Shown here piece after piece: positions 1-8,107 of a stretch of 64,000 nt of DNA (position 1 is the first letter of the stretch; each line of letters begins with the position of its first letter). The notes under the pieces are model-generated. The model was given only the letters and a program-made list of their open reading frames with translations, had not been told where the DNA came from and made no database searches. The stretch is taken from the sequence record NC_054910.1; one strand, 5' to 3'. A program made the position numbers and the translations under genes. Source of the stretch: Escherichia phage EcNP1.

Positions 1-330
1 AGCATAATCCTTTTTCCATTTATAATCTTTATATTTTTCATGCAATTGTGCAGGAATAACAAATGAACCGATAATAAGTAAAACAAGCAAAATGGCAAGT
101 ATAAATGCTGCTGGAATAAGAGTCCATAAACTACCAAAAATAAGCCATTTCTGTATGATTTCTGCACAGATGATAGTTAGACCTGCGAGTATAGTACATC
201 CGAAAAAAGAAACGAAAAATGTAGGAATAACAATAGACCAAAAATACGCGCATAGTGTCTTAGGCCGTTTCCATTCATCATTAAACATTTTGAATAATTT
301 ATAGTGCCAAGAGCTTTCATTAATAATCAT
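1..330 (-). CDS. membrane protein, partial (C-terminus beyond window edge)
   Basis: ATG at 330-328 opens a 110-codon frame running to position 1; three hydrophobic segments; absent from ORF track because no stop lies inside the window. Confidence 0.4.
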   Translation of the reverse strand, partial: MIINESSWHYKLFKMFNDEWKRPKTLCAYFWSIVIPTFFVSFFGCTILAGLTIICAEIIQKWLIFGSLWTLIPAAFILAILLVLLIIGSFVIPAQLHEKYKDYKWKKDYA

Positions 331-338
331 AATTATAA

Positions 339-860
339 TCATCCTTTCATTGAAGGTGTAACAGTTGTTAAATACTTAATCATAGCTTCAGCTTCTGATT
401 TTGATAATGAAATTTCTCCATTGTTTTGACGAATAGAAATAAAATCTGGATGACGGTCACCACCAGCTTTCAAAACACACATATAAGTATCAGTTTCATC
501 TTCAATATTTGAAATGATTGAAGCAGTTCCACATGAATGCGGTTTTTGATAAATCAATACGGCTTTTCTTCCACCGTTTGACTGTTCATAAACTTTTAAC
601 ACATCAAACAAATCACTTCTTTTATCAATAGCTAAGATGTTGTTTTCATCTTCAATGTTAAATCCTTCGGATACTTCATAAAGTGTCACCCATAAATCAC
701 CTATATCGATAGTAGCATTTTCCTTTCCATGACTTTCAAGAGTATGACAAATTTTCTTGATTTCGTCATAACTCATTTTAATAATATCATCTCCTTGAAT
801 AAGGAAGATGTCATTTTTAAATTCAACACGAATTAAACCACTTTCACTTGAAATAAACAT
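339..860 (-). CDS. hypothetical protein, tandem paralog of 867..1424
   Basis: 173-aa ORF; C-terminal and central blocks (GFNIEDENNIL, SKSEAEAMIKYLTTVTPSM) match the next gene. Confidence 0.5.
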   Translation of the reverse strand: MFISSESGLIRVEFKNDIFLIQGDDIIKMSYDEIKKICHTLESHGKENATIDIGDLWVTLYEVSEGFNIEDENNILAIDKRSDLFDVLKVYEQSNGGRKAVLIYQKPHSCGTASIISNIEDETDTYMCVLKAGGDRHPDFISIRQNNGEISLSKSEAEAMIKYLTTVTPSMKG

Positions 861-866
861 ATTTCC

Positions 867-1424
867 TCACTTTGAAATCATAGTTGGAATGACAGAATCA
901 AGATAAGTCTTTAGCGCAATAGCTTCGTCTTTGGTAAATGTGACAATATGTGATCGAAAATCGTCAATTTGACGAATAGTTAAGACATCTCCCTCTTCAT
1001 AACATTTTGATACATTTAAAACAGTTTCATAATTTTGATTACAAGCGTTAGTAATAATAGCATTGCAATTTTTAAACCATTTTAAACCATGTTTTCTTTC
1101 ATTAGAATAATAGAAATATTTAATCTTAGCTATAAAATTATCCCAATTATTAATTGATAAGCATATTGACTCGCTTTCAATATTAAATCCTGGGCATAAA
1201 GAATAAAAATGAATTTTATGCTCATCATTAATGCTTACAATTTTATCAGTGTAAGGTTTTTCAATTTGGGTTAAATGAATAATTTCGCTAGGCGTAAAAT
1301 ATAGCATATCGTCTTCTTGCGTCAAACGATACATATTATTTACTTTTTCTATAGCCAATTCACCAAAAAGTGAACTAACTTCTAGTACTAATCGTTTCAT
1401 ATTGATTCTCTTCGACTCACTCAC
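867..1424 (-). CDS. hypothetical protein, tandem paralog of 339..860
   Basis: 185-aa ORF with GTG start preceded by AAGGAG; an ATG at 1400-1398 is an alternative start. Confidence 0.5.
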   Translation of the reverse strand: MSESKRINMKRLVLEVSSLFGELAIEKVNNMYRLTQEDDMLYFTPSEIIHLTQIEKPYTDKIVSINDEHKIHFYSLCPGFNIESESICLSINNWDNFIAKIKYFYYSNERKHGLKWFKNCNAIITNACNQNYETVLNVSKCYEEGDVLTIRQIDDFRSHIVTFTKDEAIALKTYLDSVIPTMISK

Positions 1425-1426
1425 AA

Positions 1427-1531
1427 TTACATACTCCTTTGAATAATATCAATAATGTTGTTCACCAGATTATAAGTAAACATTGGGTAATTATATTGAA
1501 TCATCACATACACAACAAACAAAACTTTCAT
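1427..1531 (-). CDS. small hydrophobic ORF (34 aa)
   Basis: AAGGAG 8 nt upstream of ATG; hand-translated MKVLFVVYVMIQYNYPMFTYNLVNNIIDIIQRSM; below track size cutoff. Confidence 0.3.
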   Translation of the reverse strand: MKVLFVVYVMIQYNYPMFTYNLVNNIIDIIQRSM

Positions 1532-1591
1532 TCTCTTCTCCTTGGCAGTTGGCAAGATTACTATACCATAACCTTGCCAACTTGTAAACCG

Positions 1592-1765
1592 TTAAATGAC
1601 GTTTTCAATAAAATTCTGAAGCTTTGTGTGAGCATCAACCATGATTTTCATTTCTTCCTTTGCGAAAGCTGTGCCTCTTTCACGAGAAGAATACTCATAG
1701 TCAGAAACTGCATTAGCATATTCTTCAATTAGCTTCATTAAAAACATCTGCTTTTCAGTTTTCAT
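1592..1765 (-). CDS. small ORF (57 aa)
   Basis: Start overlaps the stop of the upstream gene (ATGAAAACTGA), typical T4 gene packing; hand-translated. Confidence 0.3.
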   Translation of the reverse strand: MKTEKQMFLMKLIEEYANAVSDYEYSSRERGTAFAKEEMKIMVDAHTKLQNFIENVI

Positions 1766-1949
1766 TATTCCACCTAATCATTTCAAGATATTGAACTAAC
1801 TTAGCTTTGGATTTATCCAAATCCTTTTTAGCTGCTGCTATACCTTCGTATGAATATCCTTCGCAATGCTCAACTGCTAATTGATATGAATCTATTTCAA
1901 CATCACGTGCTAATTTAATGATTTTTTCAAACTGTTCGTGTGTCAGCAT
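1755..1949 (-). CDS. hypothetical small protein
   Basis: 64-aa ORF in co-directional early gene string. Confidence 0.5.
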   Translation of the reverse strand: MLTHEQFEKIIKLARDVEIDSYQLAVEHCEGYSYEGIAAAKKDLDKSKAKLVQYLEMIRWNNEN

Positions 1950-1951
1950 AC

Positions 1952-2191
1952 TTAAACTCTCGTATTGTGATCGATAATTTCATCAAGAAACATATCTAAA
2001 GCTTCTACAGCATTATCAACTTTAGCTTCAAGTTCTTCAGCGCCTTTATTTGCAATGCCTGCCGAAAACCAAGCAAAGTCACTAAGTTCCTCGTCTGCTT
2101 TGCGAATTAAAGCTACCAATTCTTTAATTTTATCTGCTTGTTCGATACTAATCATTATTCCACCACATATGAAAGAGAGAATATTGCACAC
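1952..2191 (-). CDS. hypothetical small acidic protein
   Basis: ORF; likely true start at ATG 2155-2153 (MISIEQADK...) forming TAATG overlap with upstream gene. Confidence 0.5.
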   Translation of the reverse strand: MCNILSFICGGIMISIEQADKIKELVALIRKADEELSDFAWFSAGIANKGAEELEAKVDNAVEALDMFLDEIIDHNTRV

Positions 2192-2388
2192 GCCATATGA
2201 GTTGCAGCTTCATCACACATATCATAGCGTTTCTTAAGAAGTTCTACAAGTTCTTCACTAGTAACTTCATCCATGTCGACGAAAAAATCACCATTAATGA
2301 TAACGTAGATATTTCCTTCTTGATTAAGTGCTTCAATTTTCATGATGTTCTCCTCTTTATCCGATGGTTGTATAATATCACAGCTCAA
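2155..2388 (-). CDS. hypothetical small acidic protein
   Basis: ORF; probable start at internal Met ([10 protein letters not shown]...). Confidence 0.5.
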   Translation of the reverse strand: MSCDIIQPSDKEENIMKIEALNQEGNIYVIINGDFFVDMDEVTSEELVELLKKRYDMCDEAATHMACAIFSLSYVVE

Positions 2389-2410
2389 ATAGAAAGTAAA
2401 CCGGTAAAAT

Positions 2411-2436
2411 GAAAAAAGGACTCCCGAAGGAGACTA
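2411..2436 (-). terminator. hairpin with UUCG loop followed by U-run
   Basis: minus-strand RNA GUCUCC-UUCG-GGAGUCC then UUUUUUC, immediately downstream of the 2440..2826 gene. Confidence 0.5.
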
Positions 2437-2439
2437 ATG

Positions 2440-2826
2440 TTATTCGAGGGAAAGAAGATATTTGCTCTGGTAAAACATTCCAGTAATATCATCTATCGTG
2501 CTTTGAATGGCTGGAGGCATTTCTTTATAAATGCTGTTAGATTGGTCTAGTATGCGATCAATCATTTTAATTGTGTCGGTAGGAAGTTTACTAGCATCTG
2601 GAATTGAAGGTGTGTATTTTCTACCAGAATACCCCAAATATTGCTCGCCAAATTTATCAATCAAATCTGGCAACTCAGAGAAAATAAAATCGTATGCCTT
2701 GTGTCTAACATAACTTTTAGTTTCAAAATGCGCAGAATGAAAATAAGCTTGTGCAGCCATTAATAAACCTAAGTATTCATCTGCCTTTGAAGGTTTTCCA
2801 CTTTGTGAAAAGTCGCTGAATTTCAT
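2440..2826 (-). CDS. hypothetical protein downstream of rI (T4 rI.-1 position)
   Basis: 128-aa ORF, stop/start overlap with rI. Confidence 0.55.
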   Translation of the reverse strand: MKFSDFSQSGKPSKADEYLGLLMAAQAYFHSAHFETKSYVRHKAYDFIFSELPDLIDKFGEQYLGYSGRKYTPSIPDASKLPTDTIKMIDRILDQSNSIYKEMPPAIQSTIDDITGMFYQSKYLLSLE

Positions 2827-3116
2827 TCAGTCTCCAATTTAATGTTCATAATTCTAGCGTATGATTGTGCCATCTCCGCGCCTCGTTCTATACATTCAAA
2901 ATCGGAAGAGCACGGGTCATTTTTATAGGTCGTTCGCATAAAACTATAGAACTGTTCAGATGATTCTACGCTTTTATTTTCAAAAAGCATATAAACATGT
3001 CTAATACCAGATTCCATAAATTTATCAAAATGAGGATCGACATTCGCTTCAATCGGTGGAGATAAAGCAAATGCTAATCCTAGCATGGCAAATAATGCCG
3101 TTGCTTTTAAGGCCAT
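2823..3116 (-). CDS. rI: lysis-inhibition regulator RI (antiholin)
   Basis: 97 aa, near-identical to T4 RI as recalled (MALKATALFAMLGL...ARIMNIKLETE), N-terminal signal-anchor. Confidence 0.9.
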   Translation of the reverse strand: MALKATALFAMLGLAFALSPPIEANVDPHFDKFMESGIRHVYMLFENKSVESSEQFYSFMRTTYKNDPCSSDFECIERGAEMAQSYARIMNIKLETE

Positions 3117-3128
3117 AAAGGCCTCCTA

Positions 3129-3341
3129 TCATTTTTGTCCTGTATTTACTTTATGCCGATGCACGGCCTTAACTTTATCAAGGTATTTTTCAAAATTTCG
3201 CAATCTAGTATAGTCTGCCGGAGATTGGTTGAGTGATACTTCTCGACGCAAAGCTGAAATGATATTTCCAACTTCCCTACGAATTTCATCTAATTGAAGA
3301 ACAGTAAGATTGCGAAGTTGCTTTTCAGTTAATTGTAGCAT
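3129..3341 (-). CDS. hypothetical protein (T4 rI.1 position)
   Basis: 70-aa ORF between rI and tk. Confidence 0.55.
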
Positions 3342-3366
3342 ATATACCCCTTTAGTTAGATAAACC

Positions 3367-3374
3367 TATTTATA
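3367..3374 (-). promoter_or_regulatory. T4-type late promoter TATAAATA
   Basis: TATAAATA on minus strand about 26 nt upstream of the 3341 start. Confidence 0.5.
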
Positions 3375-3383
3375 ACTTTTGCA

Positions 3384-3965
3384 CTAACCGAGCTTTTTAG
3401 TTAATTCATTCCAATGTTTTCTGCACAAAGAAACATAAATTTCATCACCAATACAGATTTGATTACCTTCTTTAACTGGTGTTCCATCTTCCATTAATCG
3501 AGCCGTCATAATCGCTTTTTTACCGCAATGACAAACTGCCTTTAGTTCAATAAGTTTATCTGCAATCGCCAAAAGTTCTTTAGAACCTTCAAATAATTTT
3601 CCGGCGAAATCAGTCCTTAGACCATAAGCCATAACAGGAACATTATATGTATCAACAATTCGACTTAATTGATGCACCTGTTCAGTTTTTAAAAACTGGG
3701 CTTCATCTACAAATACACAATGAATATCTTTTTGTGCTTCAGCCCATTTATAGAACTCAAAAATATCCATATCATCCGTAATAATATTCGCTTCCTGCTT
3801 AATTCCAATACGAGAAACGACTTCACAGACAGAATCGCGAGTATCAATAGCAGGCTTAAGAACTAATACACCCATTCCGCGTTCTTTATAATTATGCGCA
3901 GCAGTCAAAAGAGAAGCAGATTTTCCAGCATTCATTGCTGCATAAGTAAAAATTAAACTCGCCAT
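3384..3965 (-). CDS. tk: thymidine kinase
   Basis: 193 aa; P-loop AMNAGKS; matches T4 Tk as recalled. Confidence 0.95.
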   Translation of the reverse strand: MASLIFTYAAMNAGKSASLLTAAHNYKERGMGVLVLKPAIDTRDSVCEVVSRIGIKQEANIITDDMDIFEFYKWAEAQKDIHCVFVDEAQFLKTEQVHQLSRIVDTYNVPVMAYGLRTDFAGKLFEGSKELLAIADKLIELKAVCHCGKKAIMTARLMEDGTPVKEGNQICIGDEIYVSLCRKHWNELTKKLG

Positions 3966-3974
3966 ATCACCTTC

Positions 3975-4160
3975 TTAAAGCGTATTCACATAAGCTATTA
4001 ATTCGTTTTCTTTCTTATCAAACCGATCAGCAAATTCTTCCTGCTGTTCGGGAGATAGCGGGCCGTATTCATCATAAAAGGTGTTTGCTTCTGCATGTTC
4101 ATCTAGAAGTTCATGGATAAGCTCAAACAATTTATCTTTTTGTTCTTTACTCAGACTCAT
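3975..4160 (-). CDS. small acidic protein
   Basis: 61-aa ORF rich in D/E. Confidence 0.5.
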   Translation of the reverse strand: MSLSKEQKDKLFELIHELLDEHAEANTFYDEYGPLSPEQQEEFADRFDKKENELIAYVNTL

Positions 4161-4330
4161 ATATTAATTTCCAGGAGTTTTAAAATAATTCGCTTTTGCT
4201 TAAATATTTCCGTAGTTAAATGGTCAGTATCTTTTTGACCGATTCCAACGGCAAAACCTTTATTAACAGCGAGTTCAATTAAATTATCAAGCTCACGTAA
4301 CACTTCATATTGTAACTCAAAATTATTCAT
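4157..4330 (-). CDS. small ORF (57 aa)
   Basis: ATGA and ATATGA start/stop overlaps with both neighbours; hand-translated; below track cutoff. Confidence 0.35.
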   Translation of the reverse strand: MNNFELQYEVLRELDNLIELAVNKGFAVGIGQKDTDHLTTEIFKQKRIILKLLEINI

Positions 4331-4554
4331 TTTGGTTTACCTTCTTTAACGAAATCAGGATAAGGATAAAATCCTGAATAAAATCCTTCACCTTTATGAT
4401 TGATGCATCCTTTATTAGAACAATAGCACCAATAGTCAAAATCACAGGCCATTTCATCATTACATAAAGCAAAAACAACAGGCCATTTACACTTTTCACA
4501 ATGGGCATTTTTAAGAATACTAGTTTGGCTCATAACCATGTAACCTTTAAGCAA
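4327..4554 (-). CDS. cysteine-rich small protein (putative zinc-binding)
   Basis: 8 Cys in 75 aa including CEKC and CYC pairs. Confidence 0.5.
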   Translation of the reverse strand: MLKGYMVMSQTSILKNAHCEKCKWPVVFALCNDEMACDFDYWCYCSNKGCINHKGEGFYSGFYPYPDFVKEGKPK

Positions 4555-4742
4555 TATTCTTCTACATGTTGTTTACGACCTTTCCTATCAATAAAGGTAT
4601 ATTCAACGAATGTTCCAATATAGTCTTTATCTACATCATGAGGACTATTAATTGGGCATTTAGTACGGCAAATGCGTTCCCATTGACGAATAATTTCTGC
4701 TTTGTTTTTAGGATCAAACGGATGCGGGTAATGTACTTTCAT
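4530..4742 (-). CDS. hypothetical protein
   Basis: 70-aa ORF. Confidence 0.45.
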   Translation of the reverse strand: MKVHYPHPFDPKNKAEIIRQWERICRTKCPINSPHDVDKDYIGTFVEYTFIDRKGRKQHVEEYCLKVTWL

Positions 4743-5193
4743 AATCCACCACTATCAAATCAATATCAGGAGTAAACATGTCGATTAATTTAGAAACCTT
4801 ATCCCAATCACCGCCAGCAATACCACAACCTATGCGTGGAATGTAAATTACTGGTTTAAACAAAAGGGTTTCTGCCTGTAGATTTAATTCTATCATGCAG
4901 TTTACTAAAGCACCATAATCAAGATTAGGACCCGGTTCGTATTGCGTATACAGATTATAGCATATACCAAATCCTGTAGGATTATGTTTAAAAACAATAG
5001 ACATATCGCCTAATTTATCACGAGAACCATATTCAGTAGTGGTTTTATCTATTTCTAAAATTTTAGGATAAGCCCTTGCTAATTGACCCGCTACACCTGA
5101 ACCCATAGTATGAAAACAGTTGCACCCGTGCGCAATAATATTACCTTGAAGAAATAGGGCGACAATATCGCCCTTGATATATTTTACAATCAT
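4714..5193 (-). CDS. macrodomain protein, TARG1/OARD1-like ADP-ribosyl hydrolase
   Basis: 159 aa; KGDIV...AHGCNCFHTMGSGVAGQ and PRIGCGIAGGDW resemble TARG1 motifs KGDLF...AHCISEDCRMGAGIA and PRIGCGLDRLQW. Confidence 0.7.
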   Translation of the reverse strand: MIVKYIKGDIVALFLQGNIIAHGCNCFHTMGSGVAGQLARAYPKILEIDKTTTEYGSRDKLGDMSIVFKHNPTGFGICYNLYTQYEPGPNLDYGALVNCMIELNLQAETLLFKPVIYIPRIGCGIAGGDWDKVSKLIDMFTPDIDLIVVDYESTLPASV

Positions 5194-5531
5194 CTAGTAC
5201 TCAATCCTCGATTATAAGAATCTACCAAACGGTCAACCATTGAATGACAAGCGGCTTTATCTTTCTCCTCCGCAACTGAACATTCTAAGGTATTCCACTT
5301 TTTAGCATATCGTTTTAATAAAGTATCGTTCTTGTATCTGCTTGATTTATCTCTTTCTCCGTCTTTATATGCATATATTAATTTCTGCGCAAATTCAGCT
5401 TGGCATGCTTTATTTTTCCCACAATAATCCGCGGCAGTACGGTTTACATACTCTCTAATTTCAGTGTATGATGTATTTGCTAACGCAGAAAATGAAATTA
5501 ATCCTACACATAAAACCAAAATTTTAGTCAT
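5190..5531 (-). CDS. secreted/periplasmic small protein (T4 vs position)
   Basis: 113 aa with N-terminal signal peptide MTKILVLCVGLISFSALA; several Cys. Confidence 0.5.
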   Translation of the reverse strand: MTKILVLCVGLISFSALANTSYTEIREYVNRTAADYCGKNKACQAEFAQKLIYAYKDGERDKSSRYKNDTLLKRYAKKWNTLECSVAEEKDKAACHSMVDRLVDSYNRGLSTR

Positions 5532-6069
5532 TTACTATTTCCAACAGTTTATTATTTTTAAGGTAGTTAGCCTTTTCTAGGACTTCAGAAGCATATTTAG
5601 AACCTGCTTTAACATTCCATCCCGAATTATAAGAGGATATTGCCTTTCTTATATCGCCCTTATGTATATTTAACCAATAAGAAAGTTCAATGTACGCCCA
5701 GGAAGCTGAATTGGACCGTTTATTCAACATTCTTTTTATTTCAGCATCGGTCATATTATAACCAAGTTCCTTAACTCTTGCTCGCATGGTCGGCAAATAA
5801 TTTTGGAACATTCCATAGGCATGATGCTTTGGTTTAGATTTTAAATTAACTCCGGCAGAGCTTTCTTGCCATAAAATAGCAGCCATTATATGACCTAATC
5901 CGCTCTTGTGGATATTTTTATGTGTTTTATATTTTCCATCCTTGGAAAATTGTTCCCCGAATTGATACGCGTAACGCATGTTATCGAGTTGGACATTACT
6001 GAAAGTATGCTCGGAGCTATGTGCCATCATAGAAATGGCCAATAGACCAGCGAGTAGTGCTTTTCTCAT
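5524..6069 (-). CDS. signal-peptide lytic transglycosylase (SLT-domain) protein
   Basis: 181 aa; signal peptide; SLT-like catalytic block ILWQESS ... YGMFQ. Confidence 0.65.
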   Translation of the reverse strand: MRKALLAGLLAISMMAHSSEHTFSNVQLDNMRYAYQFGEQFSKDGKYKTHKNIHKSGLGHIMAAILWQESSAGVNLKSKPKHHAYGMFQNYLPTMRARVKELGYNMTDAEIKRMLNKRSNSASWAYIELSYWLNIHKGDIRKAISSYNSGWNVKAGSKYASEVLEKANYLKNNKLLEIVND

Positions 6070-6076
6070 GCTTACC

Positions 6077-6538
6077 TCATTGAGTTTTAATTACTGCTTT
6101 AGAAGCCTTTCCCGGTAAACGACGACTATTGATAATTGCCATCCTGCACTGAAGTGACGGGTCTTTGAACTTCGCATTAGGTTTACAAACTGTAAATCCA
6201 AGCCAAAGATTTCCATCTGTGATTTCTAAACGCCCAGGACGATATTCAACCCCATCAATAAAATCCTCATCAATGTCAGGCCGCGGAGGCATACTCAGGA
6301 ATTCATTAACTTCTAAAACATGGTCTTTTATTTTGTGGAATAATTCAAAAACATATGTCTCATCAATCTCCCGCTGAATTGCACGATCAAGAAGATGCTG
6401 AGAATATTTTAGATGAAACGATGAGACTCCTGCTGCTTTTGATGCCTCACGAATCTCATTGTTAATTTGACGAAACTCCGACTCAAAATGACGACGGAGT
6501 TTATTTCGACGGATAAAAACTTCTGTGTTGATAGTCAT
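6077..6538 (-). CDS. regB: RegB site-specific endoribonuclease
   Basis: 153 aa, length and sequence match T4 RegB as recalled. Confidence 0.85.
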   Translation of the reverse strand: MTINTEVFIRRNKLRRHFESEFRQINNEIREASKAAGVSSFHLKYSQHLLDRAIQREIDETYVFELFHKIKDHVLEVNEFLSMPPRPDIDEDFIDGVEYRPGRLEITDGNLWLGFTVCKPNAKFKDPSLQCRMAIINSRRLPGKASKAVIKTQ

Positions 6539-6544
6539 GTTATT

Positions 6545-6595
6545 CTCCTCTTAACTGATAGAAAAATTATACCACAGTCAAGAGGAAAAGTAAAC
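6545..6595 (-). promoter_or_regulatory. early sigma70-type promoter with -10 inside a hairpin
   Basis: minus strand GTTTAC-N18-TATAAT; inverted repeat TCCTCTT/AAGAGGA flanks the -10 and supplies the regB SD. Confidence 0.5.
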
Positions 6596-6597
6596 AG

Positions 6598-6876
6598 TTA
6601 TTCTTTAAATCTAATCAATTTATTCATAGACTTTGAAACTTCTGCACGAACCTCATGTAAATTTTTGAGTTGCTCAAGACGCTGCGCATAGTAAGCAATT
6701 TCATCTTCTTCGAGACAGTCCTGTGAATCTTCTTTAAGATAACGCGCATAGTCCTGGAAAGCGTTACGGACTACTTCCTGGAAGTCATCAAGACTTTGAA
6801 TTTTCTTAGGAGCAACAGATACACGACGAGGGGCAGTATAATACTCATAACCAAACCCTGCGCTTAATTGAGCCAT
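6598..6876 (-). CDS. hypothetical protein
   Basis: ORF 6598..6918 in track; start placed at internal ATG giving TAATG overlap with upstream gene. Confidence 0.5.
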   Translation of the reverse strand: MAQLSAGFGYEYYTAPRRVSVAPKKIQSLDDFQEVVRNAFQDYARYLKEDSQDCLEEDEIAYYAQRLEQLKNLHEVRAEVSKSMNKLIRFKE

Positions 6877-7142
6877 TAATATTTTTCCTCTGGTTGGAAC
6901 ACTGCACGACAAGCCCACATACTGGCTTCTTTGAGTTTCGTTTTAGCAATAGTTAACTGATCGAGACTTTCAGCATAATTCTTCGCGAATTCACAGTCTT
7001 CACAATTATCTAGCGCTTCCCAGAATTCATCATATAAAGCATCAAAGATAAGTCCTAAACGAACTTCAGCATCTTTGATAGCATTCACTTTACTGATTTT
7101 ATCGTCAGTATGTGGCTTATAACCTTTAATGTCTTCAATCAT
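6876..7142 (-). CDS. hypothetical small protein (positional equivalent of T4 vs.4)
   Basis: 88-aa ORF; fourth gene upstream of regB; sequence identity to the T4 protein not verifiable from memory. Confidence 0.45.
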   Translation of the reverse strand: MIEDIKGYKPHTDDKISKVNAIKDAEVRLGLIFDALYDEFWEALDNCEDCEFAKNYAESLDQLTIAKTKLKEASMWACRAVFQPEEKY

Positions 7143-7356
7143 ATTTTACTTCCTCACCTGTTCCCAAATCATATTCAACTAAACGAATAGGTTCATGAAT
7201 GCCATATCCTTGAACAGAAATTTCTGTCGTAGGATAAATTCCATTAATATCACCCATGTTCCACGCTTCATTAAATTGCTGTTCGCCTGAATTACTAAAC
7301 CACTCGGCGAAAGCATTTAGCACATCTTCAGAACCTTCAATAATTATCTTTGCCAT
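7135..7356 (-). CDS. hypothetical small protein
   Basis: 73-aa ORF. Confidence 0.5.
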   Translation of the reverse strand: MAKIIIEGSEDVLNAFAEWFSNSGEQQFNEAWNMGDINGIYPTTEISVQGYGIHEPIRLVEYDLGTGEEVKYD

Positions 7357-7730
7357 TACAAACTCTCAGTAAAGGTACGAGCAATAACGTCGCGTTGCTG
7401 CTCCGGAGTCAGAGAGTTAAAGCGAACTGCGTATCCGGATACACGGATGGTCAGCTGCGGATATTTTTCCGGATGCTTAACTGCATCTTCCAGAGTTTCG
7501 CGACGCAGAACGTTTACGTTCAGGTGTTGACCACCCTCGATTTTAACTGTAGGTCGTGTTTCAATTTCAATTTCACGGGCATGCAAACCATAGAAAATTT
7601 CTGGGTCTACAAAAGAATCCTCTTTAAAGGTTTTAGAAACAATAATTCGTGCTTGAATACCATCTTCAAAATAAATAGTACCTTTATGTGTGCCTTCAAG
7701 AATTTGGTATGCTTTCATATAACCTCTCAA
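7356..7730 (-). CDS. autonomous glycyl-radical cofactor, GrcA/YfiD-like
   Basis: C-terminal about 60 aa ([60 protein letters not shown]) match E. coli GrcA as recalled, including the RVSGYAV glycyl-radical motif. Confidence 0.85.
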   Translation of the reverse strand: MRGYMKAYQILEGTHKGTIYFEDGIQARIIVSKTFKEDSFVDPEIFYGLHAREIEIETRPTVKIEGGQHLNVNVLRRETLEDAVKHPEKYPQLTIRVSGYAVRFNSLTPEQQRDVIARTFTESL

Positions 7731-8107
7731 TTAGAAAATAAATTTATCCAAGATTGTTCTTTAATTAAAAATGGCTCAGAATCATATGCCATTAAACTTT
7801 GGGTGATTAGTCCTTTAAAAGGTCCATCAATAAATTCCATGGTAAAATATGGAATTTTATTCATTAATCTTGCATTAGGAGCAGTGCACAAAACTCTGCA
7901 TCCTTTGAATACACCTTTTTGTAATTTGTATTGCTTAGGATAAAATTCGCTCAAGACGTTGTTATTTGCCAAAATTTCAAAATGATTCACCAATTTATTT
8001 TTAACAGTTTTTGGCGAAAAATAAAGATATTCGAAAAGTTGCGTATCTGTCATCATTGCATTCCAATTACGAAAAACTGTGGACGAGTAATACCACCAAT
8101 GCAGCAT
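7727..8107 (-). CDS. hypothetical protein
   Basis: 126-aa ORF; start uncertain, overlaps the end of the upstream ATPase gene. Confidence 0.4.
   Translation of the reverse strand: MLHWWYYSSTVFRNWNAMMTDTQLFEYLYFSPKTVKNKLVNHFEILANNNVLSEFYPKQYKLQKGVFKGCRVLCTAPNARLMNKIPYFTMEFIDGPFKGLITQSLMAYDSEPFLIKEQSWINLFSN

Noticed and set aside
92-304. 70-aa plus-strand ORF near window start
   Set aside because: Antisense to a 110-codon membrane-protein frame that has a proper ATG and hydrophobic helices.
1439-1732. 97-aa plus-strand ORF (TTG start) in the 1425..1754 interval
   Set aside because: The interval is better explained on the minus strand by an early promoter/hairpin, an SD-led 34-aa ORF and a 57-aa ORF that overlaps its upstream neighbour; the plus ORF has no SD and runs opposite to every gene around it.
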